From positions 1-64,000 of the forward strand of contig NW_021836312.1 of the NCBI RefSeq assembly GCF_006345805.1: a DNA stretch of 64,000 nt. Reading direction: 5' to 3'. This DNA is from Octopus sinensis (Eukaryota). Made by a program: the position numbers and the translations under genes. Below are positions 13,828 through 27,381 of the stretch, piece after piece (position 1 is the stretch's first letter; every line of letters begins with the position of its first letter). Under the pieces are notes generated by a model, which was not told the origin of the DNA, did no database searches, and saw nothing but the letters and a program-made list of their open reading frames with translations.

Positions 13828-14059
13828 GGCAGCAAGCTGGCAGAAACGTTAGCACGCCGGGCGAAATTCTTACCGGTATTTCGTCTGCCGTTATGTTCTG
13901 AGTTCAAATTCCGCCGAGGTCGACTTTGCTTTTCATCCTTTCGGGGTCGATCAAATAAGTACCAGTTACGCCCTGGGGTCGATGTAATCGACTTAATCCA
14001 TTTGTCTGTCCCTGTTTGTTCCCTCTGTGTTTAGCCCCTTGTGGGTAGTAAAGAAATAG
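13828..14059 (+). mobile_element. SINE family B, full copy
   Basis: Matches consensus of 775-995. Confidence 0.9.
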
Positions 14060-15397
14060 ATACACTACAAAAACAATTTAAACGCTAGCCACTTTCGCCC
14101 GACATTTTATGGAAACTTTCTTTGTTGACCATTTCCAAAAACAGTAACCATTCTTATCTTCAAATCGTACTAGCTTTATTTAATGAAGTTGATATTGCAG
14201 GTAATCCTGTCGACTGATTTGCTTCTTAGCGAATACTCGAAATATCCACTGCATCCTCAAGTGTAACTAGATTTTCTCGCAATCATAGTTTTGGCTGAGT
14301 GGTGGAGAAAGTCATTGAGATAGTCAGCCAAGTCTACAGTTACTAGTATGTCGATACTTGCATAATGATTAAGGAAATATAATAAGGAATTGAACCTCTG
14401 AAAATATATTACAGATGAATTTATTCCTTAACCTTTTGTTGTTGAAATTTGTTGTCGAAGCCTGTCTTTACTGACATCAAACTAAAAATATTCACTGTAC
14501 CAAATTTAATGCCAGTCAAGGTCCATAATATGCAAGGATACGGTATAATTAACCAGTATCTAGTTTGCCATTGTGAAACACTTTCTGTGGGATTTCGAAA
14601 CCATTTTGATTTTAACAAAATATAACGAACAGTATAATTTTAGTTGCTAAATCTCTAAACCTGTGCGATGCTTGTTTAACTCGGCGAAATATATTCAGAA
14701 TTTGAAAAGATTTAATTTATAATATTTTATAAAACAGTAAAATAAATTATTCTAAAATAAGAGGAAATGAAAACGTCAATAACAAAGTAAAAAAGAAACT
14801 AACAAACTATGGAACGATATTTCAAATATAGAAAAAAACAAGCAATATGTATTGAAGAAACTAAGCTAATAACATTTGTAACTGTGGGCTGTTTATATGG
14901 AATTAGATTTTATTTTGGATATTTCCTTTCAAGATTGGGAATTTTACCTACAATATTGGTAAAGTGACATACGTTTATTCTGTTGAATAACTCACAGCAA
15001 AATACGGACGAACGTACGTATATACGCACGTATAACGATTATGTAAACAAATAAAATTTGACGTATACATATATATTCATACATATATGTATTTGATTTG
15101 CATTTAAAAATAACATAAATTTAGACGAATAAAATTTAAAACAAACATAAATTTCAATTATCTAAAGAAAAGTCAAGAAAGAGAAAAAAAAATTGGTAAA
15201 TATTTTTTTAGAAGAAAATTTAGCAAATGTTATTGCTTTTGGTCATTAAGCAGCAGAGTACGAGACTGAAGTTGTACATTAGGCAACTTCAAACGACGGA
15301 TTATGATCAAAGAAAATCAATGCAATGAGCCACTAGCATTTGAATATAAGAATATACATACATACATACATACATACAAACACACATACACATACAC

Positions 15398-15469
<72 letters not shown>

Positions 15470-15641
15470 TATATATTATATATATATATATATATATTCA
15501 TATATGGGAAAAGCGAGCGGGAGAAAGAGAGAGGGGAAGAAAGGGAAAGAGTGATGAATATAGATATATGCAAATACATCTATATGTACGTACATATTTG
15601 AATATATGATATATTCATATATATCTATCTATCTATCTATC

Positions 15642-15678
<37 letters not shown>

Positions 15679-15789
15679 ATGTGTGTGTGTGTGTGTGTAT
15701 AATTTTGAGCATGGATATTCTTTGAGTTCATATAGCTTTAGTATTTATATATTTTACTTGGGGTGCGGCTTTATTTCATTTTATTTTTC

Positions 15790-15907
15790 ATAATAATGAT
15801 AATAATAATTTTATTATTATTATATTATCATTATTATTATTATATTATTATTATTATTATTATATTATATTATTATTATTATTATTATCATATTATTATT
15901 ATTATTA

Positions 15908-15943
<36 letters not shown>

Positions 15944-15963
15944 CATTATTATTATTATTATTA

Positions 15964-16016
<53 letters not shown>

Positions 16017-16100
16017 GTTATTATTATTATTATTATTTTATTATTATTATTATATTATTATTATTATTATTATTATATCATTATTGACATTATTTCTTTA
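15790..16100. repeat. (ATT)n microsatellite
   Basis: Direct triplet run. Confidence 0.95.
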
Positions 16101-16639
16101 TTAAATAACATAATTAGAACCATTTTATTTATATATACATCTCAGTGGCTTATGACTGATATTGTTGATGTATCTTCGAGATTATTTAATGATTTATTCC
16201 AGTAGAATTTTCTCCCAATTACATATGTAAATGCGATATTCATAACTGCATTATTACATTTAAATATGTCCATCTACAAAGATATTTCATATTGATATAT
16301 TTACATACGTGTGTGACTGTATGTGTGTGTATATGCCAATGTGTGTGTATATGCCAATGTGTGTGTATGTGCCTATGTGTGTGTATGTGCCTATGTGTGT
16401 GTATGTGCCTATGTGTGTGCCACTGCGTGTGCATGCGTGTGTATGTATTTATAATATGTTTACTGATTCCCTGAGACTACATCACTGAATGCACCGGCAA
16501 ATTTAAATATCACGAGGTTGTTTGCATATGTGTAACTTGGGTGTCCATGGTGAGAGAAGTGAAATGCATTACAAATGTATACACACACACACATATTCAC
16601 CACCATGATAGGTTCCTAACCATTAAACCTCTTCTATTT

Positions 16640-16790
16640 TCTCTCCCTGTTTACTTCTGTGTTCACTTCTGTCGAAGAGCGTAAGCTCGAAACGTAAAAG
16701 ACTTTCTCACTTCCCGAGCGTTAAACTAATACATCCGTTTGGTGTTTACACACCCACATTCTTCTTTTGTTCTTTTGCAAATTCTCGCTA
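16640..16790 (+). repeat. Short interspersed repeat with variant hammerhead-like motif (copy 1 of 3)
   Basis: ctgtcgaagagcgtaagctcgaaacgtaaaag; homologous to 17300-17492 and 59418-59615. Confidence 0.7.
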
Positions 16791-17222
16791 TATATACATA
16801 TACATGTCTACTCTTAATGCAAAGTCTGACCACCTCTTTTACTTACACCTAAGATTTATCATGGCGTCTGATGTGGCTTTTAAACAATGTATTAAAAACA
16901 CACCCACTTAAACTCCATATCTGATTTCGACCACAAAGAGCTGCAATTAAGTTCTGATCTTAAAATGTCTCTTGGGGCCTCTTAGATTTGTAGACATTGT
17001 AGTATACACAGAATTGAAAGGTGTGCACGGATATATATAATGCTTAGTTGCAGGATTCGTTACAATCTAGGTTTTCCAAAGTGTTGGCAACAAGGAAAGG
17101 TAGCAACCGGGCTTATGATACTCTGGAGCAATGTAAAGTTGCTTGCTGTTTGTATGTAGCCTGTATGCAGATATACATGTACACATCGATCTCTATATGA
17201 GTACATATAACAAATGTATATA

Positions 17223-17299
<77 letters not shown>

Positions 17300-17491
17300 G
17301 AGACGCCATGATAGATCGTTAGCTACTACACACATTTTCTTTCTCTCCTTGTTTTTTCTGTGTCCCTTTCTGTAGATGAGCGTAGGCTCGAAACGTAAAA
17401 GACTTTTTCTATTCCCGAGCGTTATACTAATACATCTGTTTGTTTTGTACACCACTTGTCTTCGTCTGTTGTTGTTTTCGTAAACTCTCCC

Positions 17492-17492
<1 letters not shown>
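17300..17492 (+). repeat. Short interspersed repeat with variant hammerhead-like motif (copy 2), flanked by (TA)n
   Basis: acgccatgatagatcgttagct...ctttctgtagatgagcgtaggctcgaaacgtaaaagac. Confidence 0.75.
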
Positions 17493-17540
<48 letters not shown>

Positions 17541-17617
17541 CATGCGTTTTAATGTTCACTATAAAGAGTTTATATAAATATATATATATATATATGTATA
17601 TACATGATCATGTAAAA

Positions 17618-17656
<39 letters not shown>

Positions 17657-17662
17657 GTATAT

Positions 17663-17696
<34 letters not shown>

Positions 17697-17704
17697 CATT
17701 ACTT

Positions 17705-18420
17705 TATTATAGCCCAACTCTCTATATATGGAGTAATATAGGTTGTAGTTATCGTAGCTCTAAGTTTATCTTCATATTTATTACGGAATTCTCCCTCAAA
17801 TAAATCATATAAATAAAGAACGTCTTTGTTAGGCTTCTCATCATATTTATTTCGGAATTCTCTCTCCGATAAACTAAATAAATAAAGAACATTTTTTTGT
17901 TAGTTACTTTAAACAATATATTTTCATATCAATGACTTTAAAGAAGAGTTGTTATATATTACCAATATAATAGTATATCATCATTTATATTTATTTACAC
18001 ACTTTATTAAAGTCTGTAGATTAAGTAAGACCCTGATACTTAATTTATATACCTATATATTGTTGGTGTAAGTTATTATAATAGACAATCTTTGTCTTCG
18101 ACCGAAACGAGTTTGGATTAATATTGAGATATATAGAAATATATTTCGATTGTTGATTCTATTTACTTAATCAATTTGTCCTTTATAAAGTTGCTGTTTT
18201 TCAATTGTAGTTGTTATGTAGTTGAAAAGTTAACGCTTACGCTCATAATACATAGGAATTTGAATTAATATACAATCCAGCCGTCCATTCACACGGAATT
18301 TCCTCTCTCTTTAAACCAAAGCTCTCTGATGAAACTTATATAAGTGGATTCAATTGTTTATAAATCAAATAATGTATATAAGCCAAAACAAATTGTTGGC
18401 GCTTTTTGTTATTTAATGAT
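17705..18420 (+). mobile_element. Penelope-like pLTR-type segment A
   Basis: Loosely homologous to 21620-22400 (ggaattct..., cgctcataatacatag, cacacggaatttc); ctgatga...tatataag motif; next to a GIY-YIG remnant. Confidence 0.5.
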
Positions 18421-18438
18421 TTCTATGTTATCTTATGT

Positions 18439-18736
18439 GGAGGCGCAAAGGCCCAGTGGTTAGGGCAGCGGACTCGCGGTTGTAGGATCACGGTTTCGTT
18501 TCCCAGACCGGGCGTTGTGAGTGTTTAATGAGTGAAAACACCTAAAGCTCCACGCGGCTCCGGCAGGAGGGTGGCGATCCCTGCTGTACTCTTTCGCCAC
18601 AACTTTCTCTCACTCTTTCTTCTGCTGGCCTGCTCGCTTAGCCAGCGGGGTGGCGTCATTTGAAGGCTAAAACAATGCGAAGCGCATTGTGACCAGCGAT
18701 GTGTAGCAACAACTGATAGCATGATCGGTCACGGTG
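18439..18736 (+). mobile_element. tRNA(Arg)-like SINE family C with 12-bp target-site duplication
   Basis: ggaggcgcaa..gtggttagggcagcggactcgcggt head; atgttatcttat at 18425-18436 and 18737-18748; second copy at 27829. Confidence 0.85.
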
Positions 18737-18870
18737 ATGTTATCTTATATTATAATATATTCATAGTATATTATGTTATATTATAATTTAAATAAATCAT
18801 TGGAGTGTCAATTGAATTTCTCTATTTAATTTATTGTCTATATATCTATATCTATATCTATATATGTATA

Positions 18871-18954
<84 letters not shown>

Positions 18955-18989
18955 ATATATAAGATATATATATATATATTATAATTATA

Positions 18990-19920
18990 TATCATAGGTA
19001 AACAAGCATGAGCTTGTTTTTGAAGCGTTGAAAAGTATTATAGAACAAGCAGAAAGATATATATTTTTTCAACACGTAAACACTAAACGGTATATATAAA
19101 GGATACAATATGATGATAAATAATATTAATATTGATAATAACAAGCGAATTAAATATACCTTGAATAAAAATAAATATTTAAATAAACTTAGTTCTAATG
19201 ATAATAAATATACGCCACATACCAACCCAAATACACCTAATAACGTTTAGTATAATGAGCATAATTATATTTGGTTTAGCATTACTTACGCACGACAAAT
19301 AAAAACAAATCTGGTCAAGATATTTTACAGATCTATATCTAAGCACTTTAATAATGAACATAGATATTATAAAATAATTTATAATAAAAGGTTTAGAATG
19401 ACTTTTTAAGTATCTAAAAATTTGTTTAGAATAATCTTCTCCTTTAATAATAAATGTTTAGACAATTTGTATAATAAAAGAAAAAAATAATATTACAGAG
19501 AATGATCTAGCTACAGACTGTGATTGTAGATATAAGAATAAATGCTTATTCAATGAGTTTTGTTTACAGAACAATATTGTATATAGATGTAGAGTGGATT
19601 CGGAACGAAAAAATTATTTGTACATAGTGCATACGGAAGATTTTATTAAAACACGGATAGCAAACCCTGAATACACCTTCAGGAGTAGAGTTAGGTTTAT
19701 CAGTACCATTCTATGTAAACTAATTTGAGAATTTAAGGATAGTAAGAAATCATACAAAATAAATTGGTAAATATACAGTCATGCTAGATCGTGTAAAATT
19801 AATGATGCTAGATGCGATGCAACTTGTGTATAGAAGAATTATATCAGATATAAATATCTGAGAAAAAATTGTTTAACGACAGACGCGTGTTCCATCTTCT
19901 ACAAACTATTCTAAATATGC
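18990..19920 (+). pseudogene. Decayed Penelope-like element ORF C-terminus: Cys-rich linker plus GIY-YIG endonuclease
   Basis: Frame from 19504 reads DCDCRYKNKCLFNEFCLQNNIVYRCRV...YLYIVHTEDFIKTRIAN.EYTFR...STILCKLI*EFKD...YKINW*I...ARC then NLCIEELY after a frameshift; matches the PLE endonuclease pattern CxC..C..CL..NIVY..YIG.T..FK.R..H..W..C.LC..E. Confidence 0.85.
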
Positions 19921-21171
19921 GCTTAGAAAATTTTATGAAGTGTGTATATCTGTACTCGTATGTATCTATTTAAAAATCTACAGCAATGTACACATATGAA
20001 TAATTATATATTTGTGCATATGCATTTAAGTGCTTGTATACATAAGCATATGTTGTTTTGTATCTATCTGATGCCATCGATATGTCGTTATGCGGAGGAA
20101 CTGTTGAGAGTCAACGGACATCCAATAAATGTCTTAAGGCTGTATCATGCGCGGGAACAAAGAAATAATTGGACTGAATACCCGATCACGCGGTTAAGCC
20201 ATTGGGAGTGAAGGACTCCTAGTCTTCGTTAGGGCATCCCTCTAGGAGAAGGTAACTCAGGTAACTGGGATAACTCCGACATAAAACATGCGGCTCAGTG
20301 GTTACCGATGATGTTGACTGTTCTTCTTTTCGGATTATGGCTGCTGTTGCTTACTGAGTGGGATTGACTCAATGCACAGCCTTTCCTCACTTTAAAAAAA
20401 TCTTCTTGCACAGGCATTGCACGATAACAACATTGATTAAGCTTCGTACAATGGCCATACTCGATAACAAGGATATATATATATATATATATATTATGTA
20501 TATATATATATATGTATATATATATGTGTGCATATGTATGTCTGTGTGTGCATGTGTGTATATATGTATATATATGGGGGTATATATATAAATATATATA
20601 TATATATATGTATGAATATATGTATGTGTATGTATATATATGTATATATATGTATATATATGTATATGTATATGTATATCATTTATTGTTAATGTGTGTA
20701 TACATGAATATATATGTATGTGAATCTATGTATAAGCATCTATTGTATCATTATATAGACATATGTAACCATATAGCTATTTATATTTGTGCGTAAATGT
20801 ATTCGTATATATATCTGGATGTGAGTGTATTTATATGTATATATGTAGGTAGGTATATATGTATGTATAAATACGTATGTATGTGTTTACATGTATATAT
20901 GCGTGTATGTGTGTATATATAACCATGTGTGTGTATGTATTTATATATATATATGTGTGTGTGTGTAGATGTGTATATATTTGAGTTATATAGATCTCAA
21001 TCTATATAATAACTTAATTTGGAAAATTAATTATTAGTGAACCAATTCTCAATTGTTACATTTTAGTGCATATTCTTGTAGTTACTGTTAAATTTATCAT
21101 TATATTAGTATTTAATATTAACTATATATCTCAGATAACGTATCTTCATTATACTAAGTGAATACTAAGTG

Positions 21172-21315
21172 AAATCAAATGAAAACATCTATTATCAACA
21201 TCATTATTATTAATTATCATTAATTAATTAATTAATAAGTTTATACGCTTATTAATTAATTAATTAATGATAATTAATAATAATAATGATGATAATAGAT
21301 GTTTTCATTTGATTT
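21172..21315. repeat. Near-perfect ~68 bp-arm palindrome with 8-nt loop
   Basis: aaatcaaatgaaaacatctattatc...taataag [tttatacg] cttatta...gataatagatgttttcatttgattt. Confidence 0.9.
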
Positions 21316-21619
21316 ACTAACTATATTTAATCACCAAAATAAGTATTAGGGTATCGTTTAGTTTATAAATTATATTCTTAGTACAACAACCTTGTTTGTT
21401 ACTTCTGAAAGTATTGATAGAGTTTGGATATGGTCCTTCGATTTGTAAATAGCAATATTGATTTGTTCATCGAGAACAGTCCTTAATACTTGTTTGGTTT
21501 ATATTATTGATTTCTATCGATTAGCTAAATTCTCCCTTCCATAATAAACCAATAACAATCATTATTTAAGTAACTTCAAATCTGTTTACCCCTAAAAGAT
21601 TAGTAAATTTGATTTTTAT

Positions 21620-22400
21620 AACTATAGCCTAAATATATATATATGGGACACTCAGGTGATCGCACTTACAACCTTAGGTTTGTATTAATGCTTATTATGG
21701 AATTCTTCCTATGATAAATTAAGTAGACAAGGAACATTTTTATTAGGTTTCTATTCATATCTATTACGGAATTATCCCTTCGATAAACAATAAATACAGA
21801 AGTTTATTATTAGTTAATTTAAATAATATTCTTTTATATCAATTAATTTAAATATATAGAAGAGTTGATGTATTGAAGATGTAGTTGCTTATATATTTTT
21901 GTTGCAGTTCTAAATAGGCAAAGAGTTAGATACTTAATTATATACATATATATATATACACACCTATCTTATTGTTTTATGTTGTAGTGAGGAAGGATTC
22001 TCTTGGACATGAACGGGTTTCGCTTGGTATGTGTTTGAGATGTAATGAAGTGAATCTCTATAGTTATGGATTGCACTTACTTGGTTGTATCGTCCGTTAG
22101 AGTGTTTTTTTTCTTTTGTTTTTGTAATTGATGTATGATTGAACAATTAACTTTCACGCTCATAATACATAGATATTTTAATTAATTTTTACAGTCCAGC
22201 GTCCTTTCACACGGAATTTCGTCTATATTTAAAACATGATACTGAAATGACTTATATATATATATATAAGAGAATTGTCATTGTGTATATATATATATAT
22301 ATATATAGAAGAAAATGTATATAAGTCGAAACAATTTGTTGACCTTCTTGGTTTTGTATTACTTGTTTACTTAATATTTTAATAATATAATATAAATAAA
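21620..22400 (+). mobile_element. Penelope-like pLTR-type segment B
   Basis: Diverged homolog of 17705-18420; ctgaaatgacttatata...tatataagtcgaaac motif. Confidence 0.5.
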
Positions 22401-22531
22401 TTATTGGATTGTCAATAGTATCTTTCTATTTAATTTATCTTTGTAATTGCATTATACCCATATTAAAATGGTATTTAACTGAAGTACCTCTTTAGCACAC
22501 GCCTTTGAAGGAACTCTTCCCCAGTTTGTTA

Positions 22532-22568
<37 letters not shown>

Positions 22569-23189
22569 CGGTGCTCCAGCATGGCCGCAGTCAAATGACT
22601 GAAACAAGTAAAAGAATAAAAGAATAAAAGAATATAATGTGTGTGTATGTATGTATATGTATATATGTATGTATATATAAGAAATAATTTTCGCCTTATA
22701 TTATGGAGACAAAAGGGTTTATAAGATGTGAAAAAGAAGTACTGAAATATAATTGAGATAGTGATAAAAAAAAACATTGATCAGAGAACAAACTTCAAAT
22801 TCGAGTCAACGACTTTATATATAACACCACGCCACCAAGCATTTGATCGTGTATAAATATTACTATGGCCTTTAACATATAAAGAATACATATATGAAAA
22901 AACACAGAAGGTAAAAAATATATATGCAAATAAAAATGAAGATATATAGAACGGCCTATCAAGAAGGTATAGGTATTGGACTAAAAATTCTAGAGCGTGT
23001 CATGTGACTAAAAATCTAAATAAAATGAGAATAAAATATCAATCGACAAAAAAATTTTTTACTCCCCTGAAGCAAAGAAAGTATGTCAAAAAAGTTCATT
23101 TCATAAAACCATGGTAGGTTGGAGGCCAGGAACCTAAAAGTGTTCTGCAAAATGAAGTTATATATATATATATATATATAATATATCTT

Positions 23190-23595
23190 TTTTTTCTTTT
23201 TCCCTGTTTCAGTCATTTTGACTGCGGCCATGCTGGAGCACCGCATTTAATCGAGCAACTCGACCCCGGGACTTATTCTATTGTAAGCCCAGTACTTATT
23301 CTATTGGTCTCTTTTGCCGAACCGCTAGGTAACGGGGACATAAACACACCAGCATCGGTTGTCAAGCAATGCTAGGGGGACAAACACAGACACACAAACA
23401 TACACACACACATATATATATATACATATATTTGAAGGGCTTCTTTCAGTTTCCGTCTACCAAATCCACTCACAAGGCTTTGGTCGGCCCGAGGCTATAT
23501 TAGAAGACACTTGCCCAAGGTGCCAGGCAGTGGGATTGAACCCGGAACCATGTGGTTGGTAAGGAAGCTACTTACCACACAGCCACTCCTGCGCC

Positions 23596-23596
<1 letters not shown>
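23190..23596 (-). mobile_element. CORE-like SINE family A, full length
   Basis: Reverse complement of the 3582-3972 consensus. Confidence 0.9.
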
Positions 23597-23665
<69 letters not shown>

Positions 23666-24125
23666 AGAACGTGAGTAAATAGGGATAAATCACTAGGCAT
23701 GTACTGTAGTACCTCTCTGGTATATTCCAGGTTATGCCTAACACCATCAAGTTGTAATGAAAATTTATGATATTCTAGTATGAGCAACACCGCTGTAATT
23801 CATCTAATGGTGAATCTGGTTTAACTTTGTTGGATTATATATATTATCAGGAACATAAAGTTCAAACAATTACAAAGAATACTGAGATTGGTACCTCATC
23901 AAAACACGCTTGTTCAAAGATTCTGAATGAATGTACACATCAAATAATGCTGAGTTGTATGCGTAACTGCGCATACTCAGTGCAGCTGAAACACGTGTCA
24001 GTCATTTCAACCAACTAATTATCCTGCATGTCAACTATAATGTTAAAAAGAAAAATATTGATGATGTACCAATCACCGTATTGTTTGTAAATGTTTGAAA
24101 TTTATTCATACATGCATACACACAT

Positions 24126-24180
<55 letters not shown>

Positions 24181-24189
24181 ATTTATATA

Positions 24190-24370
24190 TAACAAAATAT
24201 TAGGGAATAAATCCAAACTTACAGGGAAAAATCAGATTTAGGATTAAATCCAATTTTATAGTAACATATTATATTATATTAAATAGAGATAAAACCACTA
24301 TTAGGCAAATCATACAATGAAAAACTTAAGCCAATACATAAGATTAATTAATTTATATATTTTATTTTAT
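24190..24370. repeat. Unclassified AT-rich interspersed repeat in (TA)n; second copy at ~44238-44460
   Basis: Shared tattagggaat.aatccaaa.ttacagg.aaaaatcagatttagg...aaaccactatt. Confidence 0.7.
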
Positions 24371-25309
24371 TTTATATATATATATATATATATTATGTAT
24401 ATATATATATATATATGCATATAGGTATGCTTGTATGTAATGTGTATATGTGTGTATACATATTTATGCATGCCTGATCTTGTGCATGTATAGTGAATTG
24501 GAATGGCTGGAACAATGAAGGTTACATATCAATAGAGATTAGATTTATATGCACACTGTTTTGCTAAAGTAATTTGTTCAATCATTCTTTGTACCTTATA
24601 TATTTACTACTTAAACAGTTCCTTTACTTATTGCCTTTTATAATTTATACGGCAATTATTCCTACCGTACATTCATTTTCTCCTTCATTATACCATAATT
24701 CACTTCTTTCATTCCTCCAAGCTTTTCAACTACCTGTTCTTTAATTCTACACTTCCAGTTAGTTCCCTCGTTTACTTCAAACTTTATATTTGTTTAAAAT
24801 TCTTTCATTTATTTTAACCAGTTCAATTTATTCCTAAATTTAATCTACATGTTTTTTATTTTATTTATTTATTTAATTTCGACGTTTCTTTCTTTATTTA
24901 TTTTGTAATATTTCCAGTTTATTTTTCGTGTTTCTACGTTGTTTTGTTTATATTAGTCGTCGTTTGCTTTGAGATTAAGTTTTTCTTTTAATTTGCTTTA
25001 AATAATAATAATTTTTCTCTTCATTGCCATTTAAAGATTTGAAGAACGAGTTAATGGGACAGGAGCAGGGTTTTTAGGAAATATCGCATTTCAAGACTGG
25101 CCGATTAATACTGCATGAAGTATTTTCAAAGTTCAAAGAAATTCTCTGAAGATGCCACTTTGAAGAGGTCTGTCTATTGATCAAACATGCCAAAGGCACT
25201 CGATCAAGAAAAGACAGCAACGATAATTACTTTTCCACCAATCATTTTCACGCCGAACAGTTTGCAACAATTATAAAATCGTGTATGTAAGTGTGTGTTT
25301 ATACATACA

Positions 25310-25411
<102 letters not shown>

Positions 25412-25852
25412 CATACGCAACCATATATATATACACGCGCGCACACACGCATATATATATATAGATACAAAGACAGAAAGGAGGATAGAAAACTATATAT
25501 AAATAAAAATATACAGATATATACAGGTGTGTGTGTGTATATAAATATATATGTGTGTATGGATAGATGGATGTAAGGATACGTGTGTGTATAGATAGGA
25601 AGATAGATAGGCAGAGAAAGAGGAGGAGAGAAAGACAGACAGACAAAGAGAGAGGGACAAAGAGAGAACGAGAGAAAGAGAGACAGATAAGAAAGAGAGA
25701 GAGAGAGTGAGTCAGAGATAAATAGATAATATGGAATTACTGATGTATATCCAGTATTGGGAGCATTTTAATTGTATGATATCAGATATCCACTGACTTC
25801 GGACGAGCTTTGCACATCATTCTGCAAGGATTTTACCGGTATCTTATTTGGC

Positions 25853-25886
<34 letters not shown>

Positions 25887-26042
25887 TGTATGTATGTATG
25901 TATGTATGTATGTATGTATGTATGTATGTATGTATGTATATGCCATTTTTTTTGCTAAATAAGCACACGCACTATATACTCTTTTCTTCACTCTTTTATC
26001 ACTGTTCTTATTTTCTTATTTTAACTTATGTACATTGTCCAG

Positions 26043-26094
26043 AAATCTTTCGTCGAACATATGTGACCTTTTCACTGACACTCTTCATTTCCGT
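26043..26094 (+). CDS. Putative 52-nt exon (frame uncertain: NLSSNICDLFTDTLHFR or EIFRRTYVTFSLTLFIS)
   Basis: Long polypyrimidine tract with ttaac branch-like motif, tccag| acceptor, |gtgagt donor. Confidence 0.35.
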
Positions 26095-26721
26095 GTGAGT
26101 TCTTGCTCCACTTTATTTGGCAAAAAGAAAACAAAAATGGCCATCCCGAAATACAACAATATATGTGTTTCAACACACGATGTCACATCAGGAATCTTGC
26201 AAAACGAATCGGAATATATGTATATATATATATATATACAGGTATGTATGTGTACATATTAAATAACAGTTTTAATTAGCTTCATAGTCTATTTACATGT
26301 ATGTGTGTGTATGTGTATTTGTGTGTGTCTGGAAATTTTACTGCTTGACGATCTATTTTCAATCGGTGAGTCATAAAGATCAATGAGATAACATCACCAA
26401 GTGATTTAGTAGCACTGCTAACACTGTACAACACAATATTGAATTATAAAGCATTGAATATACATTGTAATGTATAACGGTTGGATAACGAAATATGGTG
26501 TACCTACAAGTCATATACATGTACGTACCAGCAACCAGGTTTAATATGTAAAATTGGTATATCAAATAATGTTACACTGCTATATTTGGTGCCTATTCAA
26601 ACAATGAGTTCGTGGATAGTAAATGGGTTGTATGTGGAGCTGATGAATGAACAAGAACTCCTGAAATATCGCATATACACAACCATTACCTATTTTTCAC
26701 CTACGGCCTCAGTGTTATTTA

Positions 26722-27381
26722 CATTGTGTAGGGCATATTTCAGCCTTCCTAGGAGAGAGCTATTCTTTTATAGTTGTCTATTTTTATAGCATTCACAAGG
26801 AAATGTTATACTCGAATACGAAACGTTGTAACAAATCAATGCTGTTGAAAATCTGCAGATATAACCTTAACAAGAACTCTATCATTGCTTATACAACATA
26901 GCTTGTGGATAGCAAAAAGACTTCGATTTTACAGGTTGCCAGGAAATTTTGCAATGCTTCTTCCTTGTGTTATGGATGCCATTATTTTGGTGTGTCTGTA
27001 TACATTATCTAACATAATTCCAATTGTTTCTTTGAATAAAACGTTTGTCAGAAGACGTTTTACAACTAGAGTACAAGTGGTAACCATTTTGTTTTCTTCA
27101 AACATGACATGAATTTCATCTCATGATCATACATTGTATGTCTATGGTCTGTATCTTTCGAAAAGATTTTCTAATTGTTTGTTGATTTAATGTAGAGGCG
27201 CGTTTATGCGGGCTGGTAATTGAAATTTAACTACTACAATAAAATCCGAGAAATCTTATTGCTTAAAGCGTTATAAATATTAACGGTAACCAGGAGAGTT
27301 TCCTTGTGAATGCTATAAAGATAAACAACTATAAAAGAATAGCTATCTCCTTAGGAAGGCTGAAATATGCCCTACACAATG
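26722..27381. mobile_element. MITE-like element, ~82 bp terminal inverted repeats, TA on both flanks (Tc1/mariner-type)
   Basis: TA|cattgtgtagggcatatttcagccttcct...cacaaggaaa (26722-26803) vs its reverse complement at 27299-27381|TA, about 5 differences. Confidence 0.75.

Noticed and set aside
21988-22026. 39-nt exon-like segment with tgttgtag| and |gtatgt
   Set aside because: Lies within a PLE-derived repeat copy; likely a chance match
25033-25120. Possible terminal exon (R)FEERVNGTGAGFLGNIAFQDWPINTA*
   Set aside because: Short, no homology recognised, and a stop here conflicts with downstream + strand candidates
26382-26789. Apparent Cys-loop receptor (nAChR or chemotactile receptor) pseudogene: CTYKSYTCTY and ..YFSLP-like TM1
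   Set aside because: The TM-like part lies inside the MITE TIR (26722-26803), Cys spacing is 10 rather than 13, and the loop-to-TM1 distance is too short
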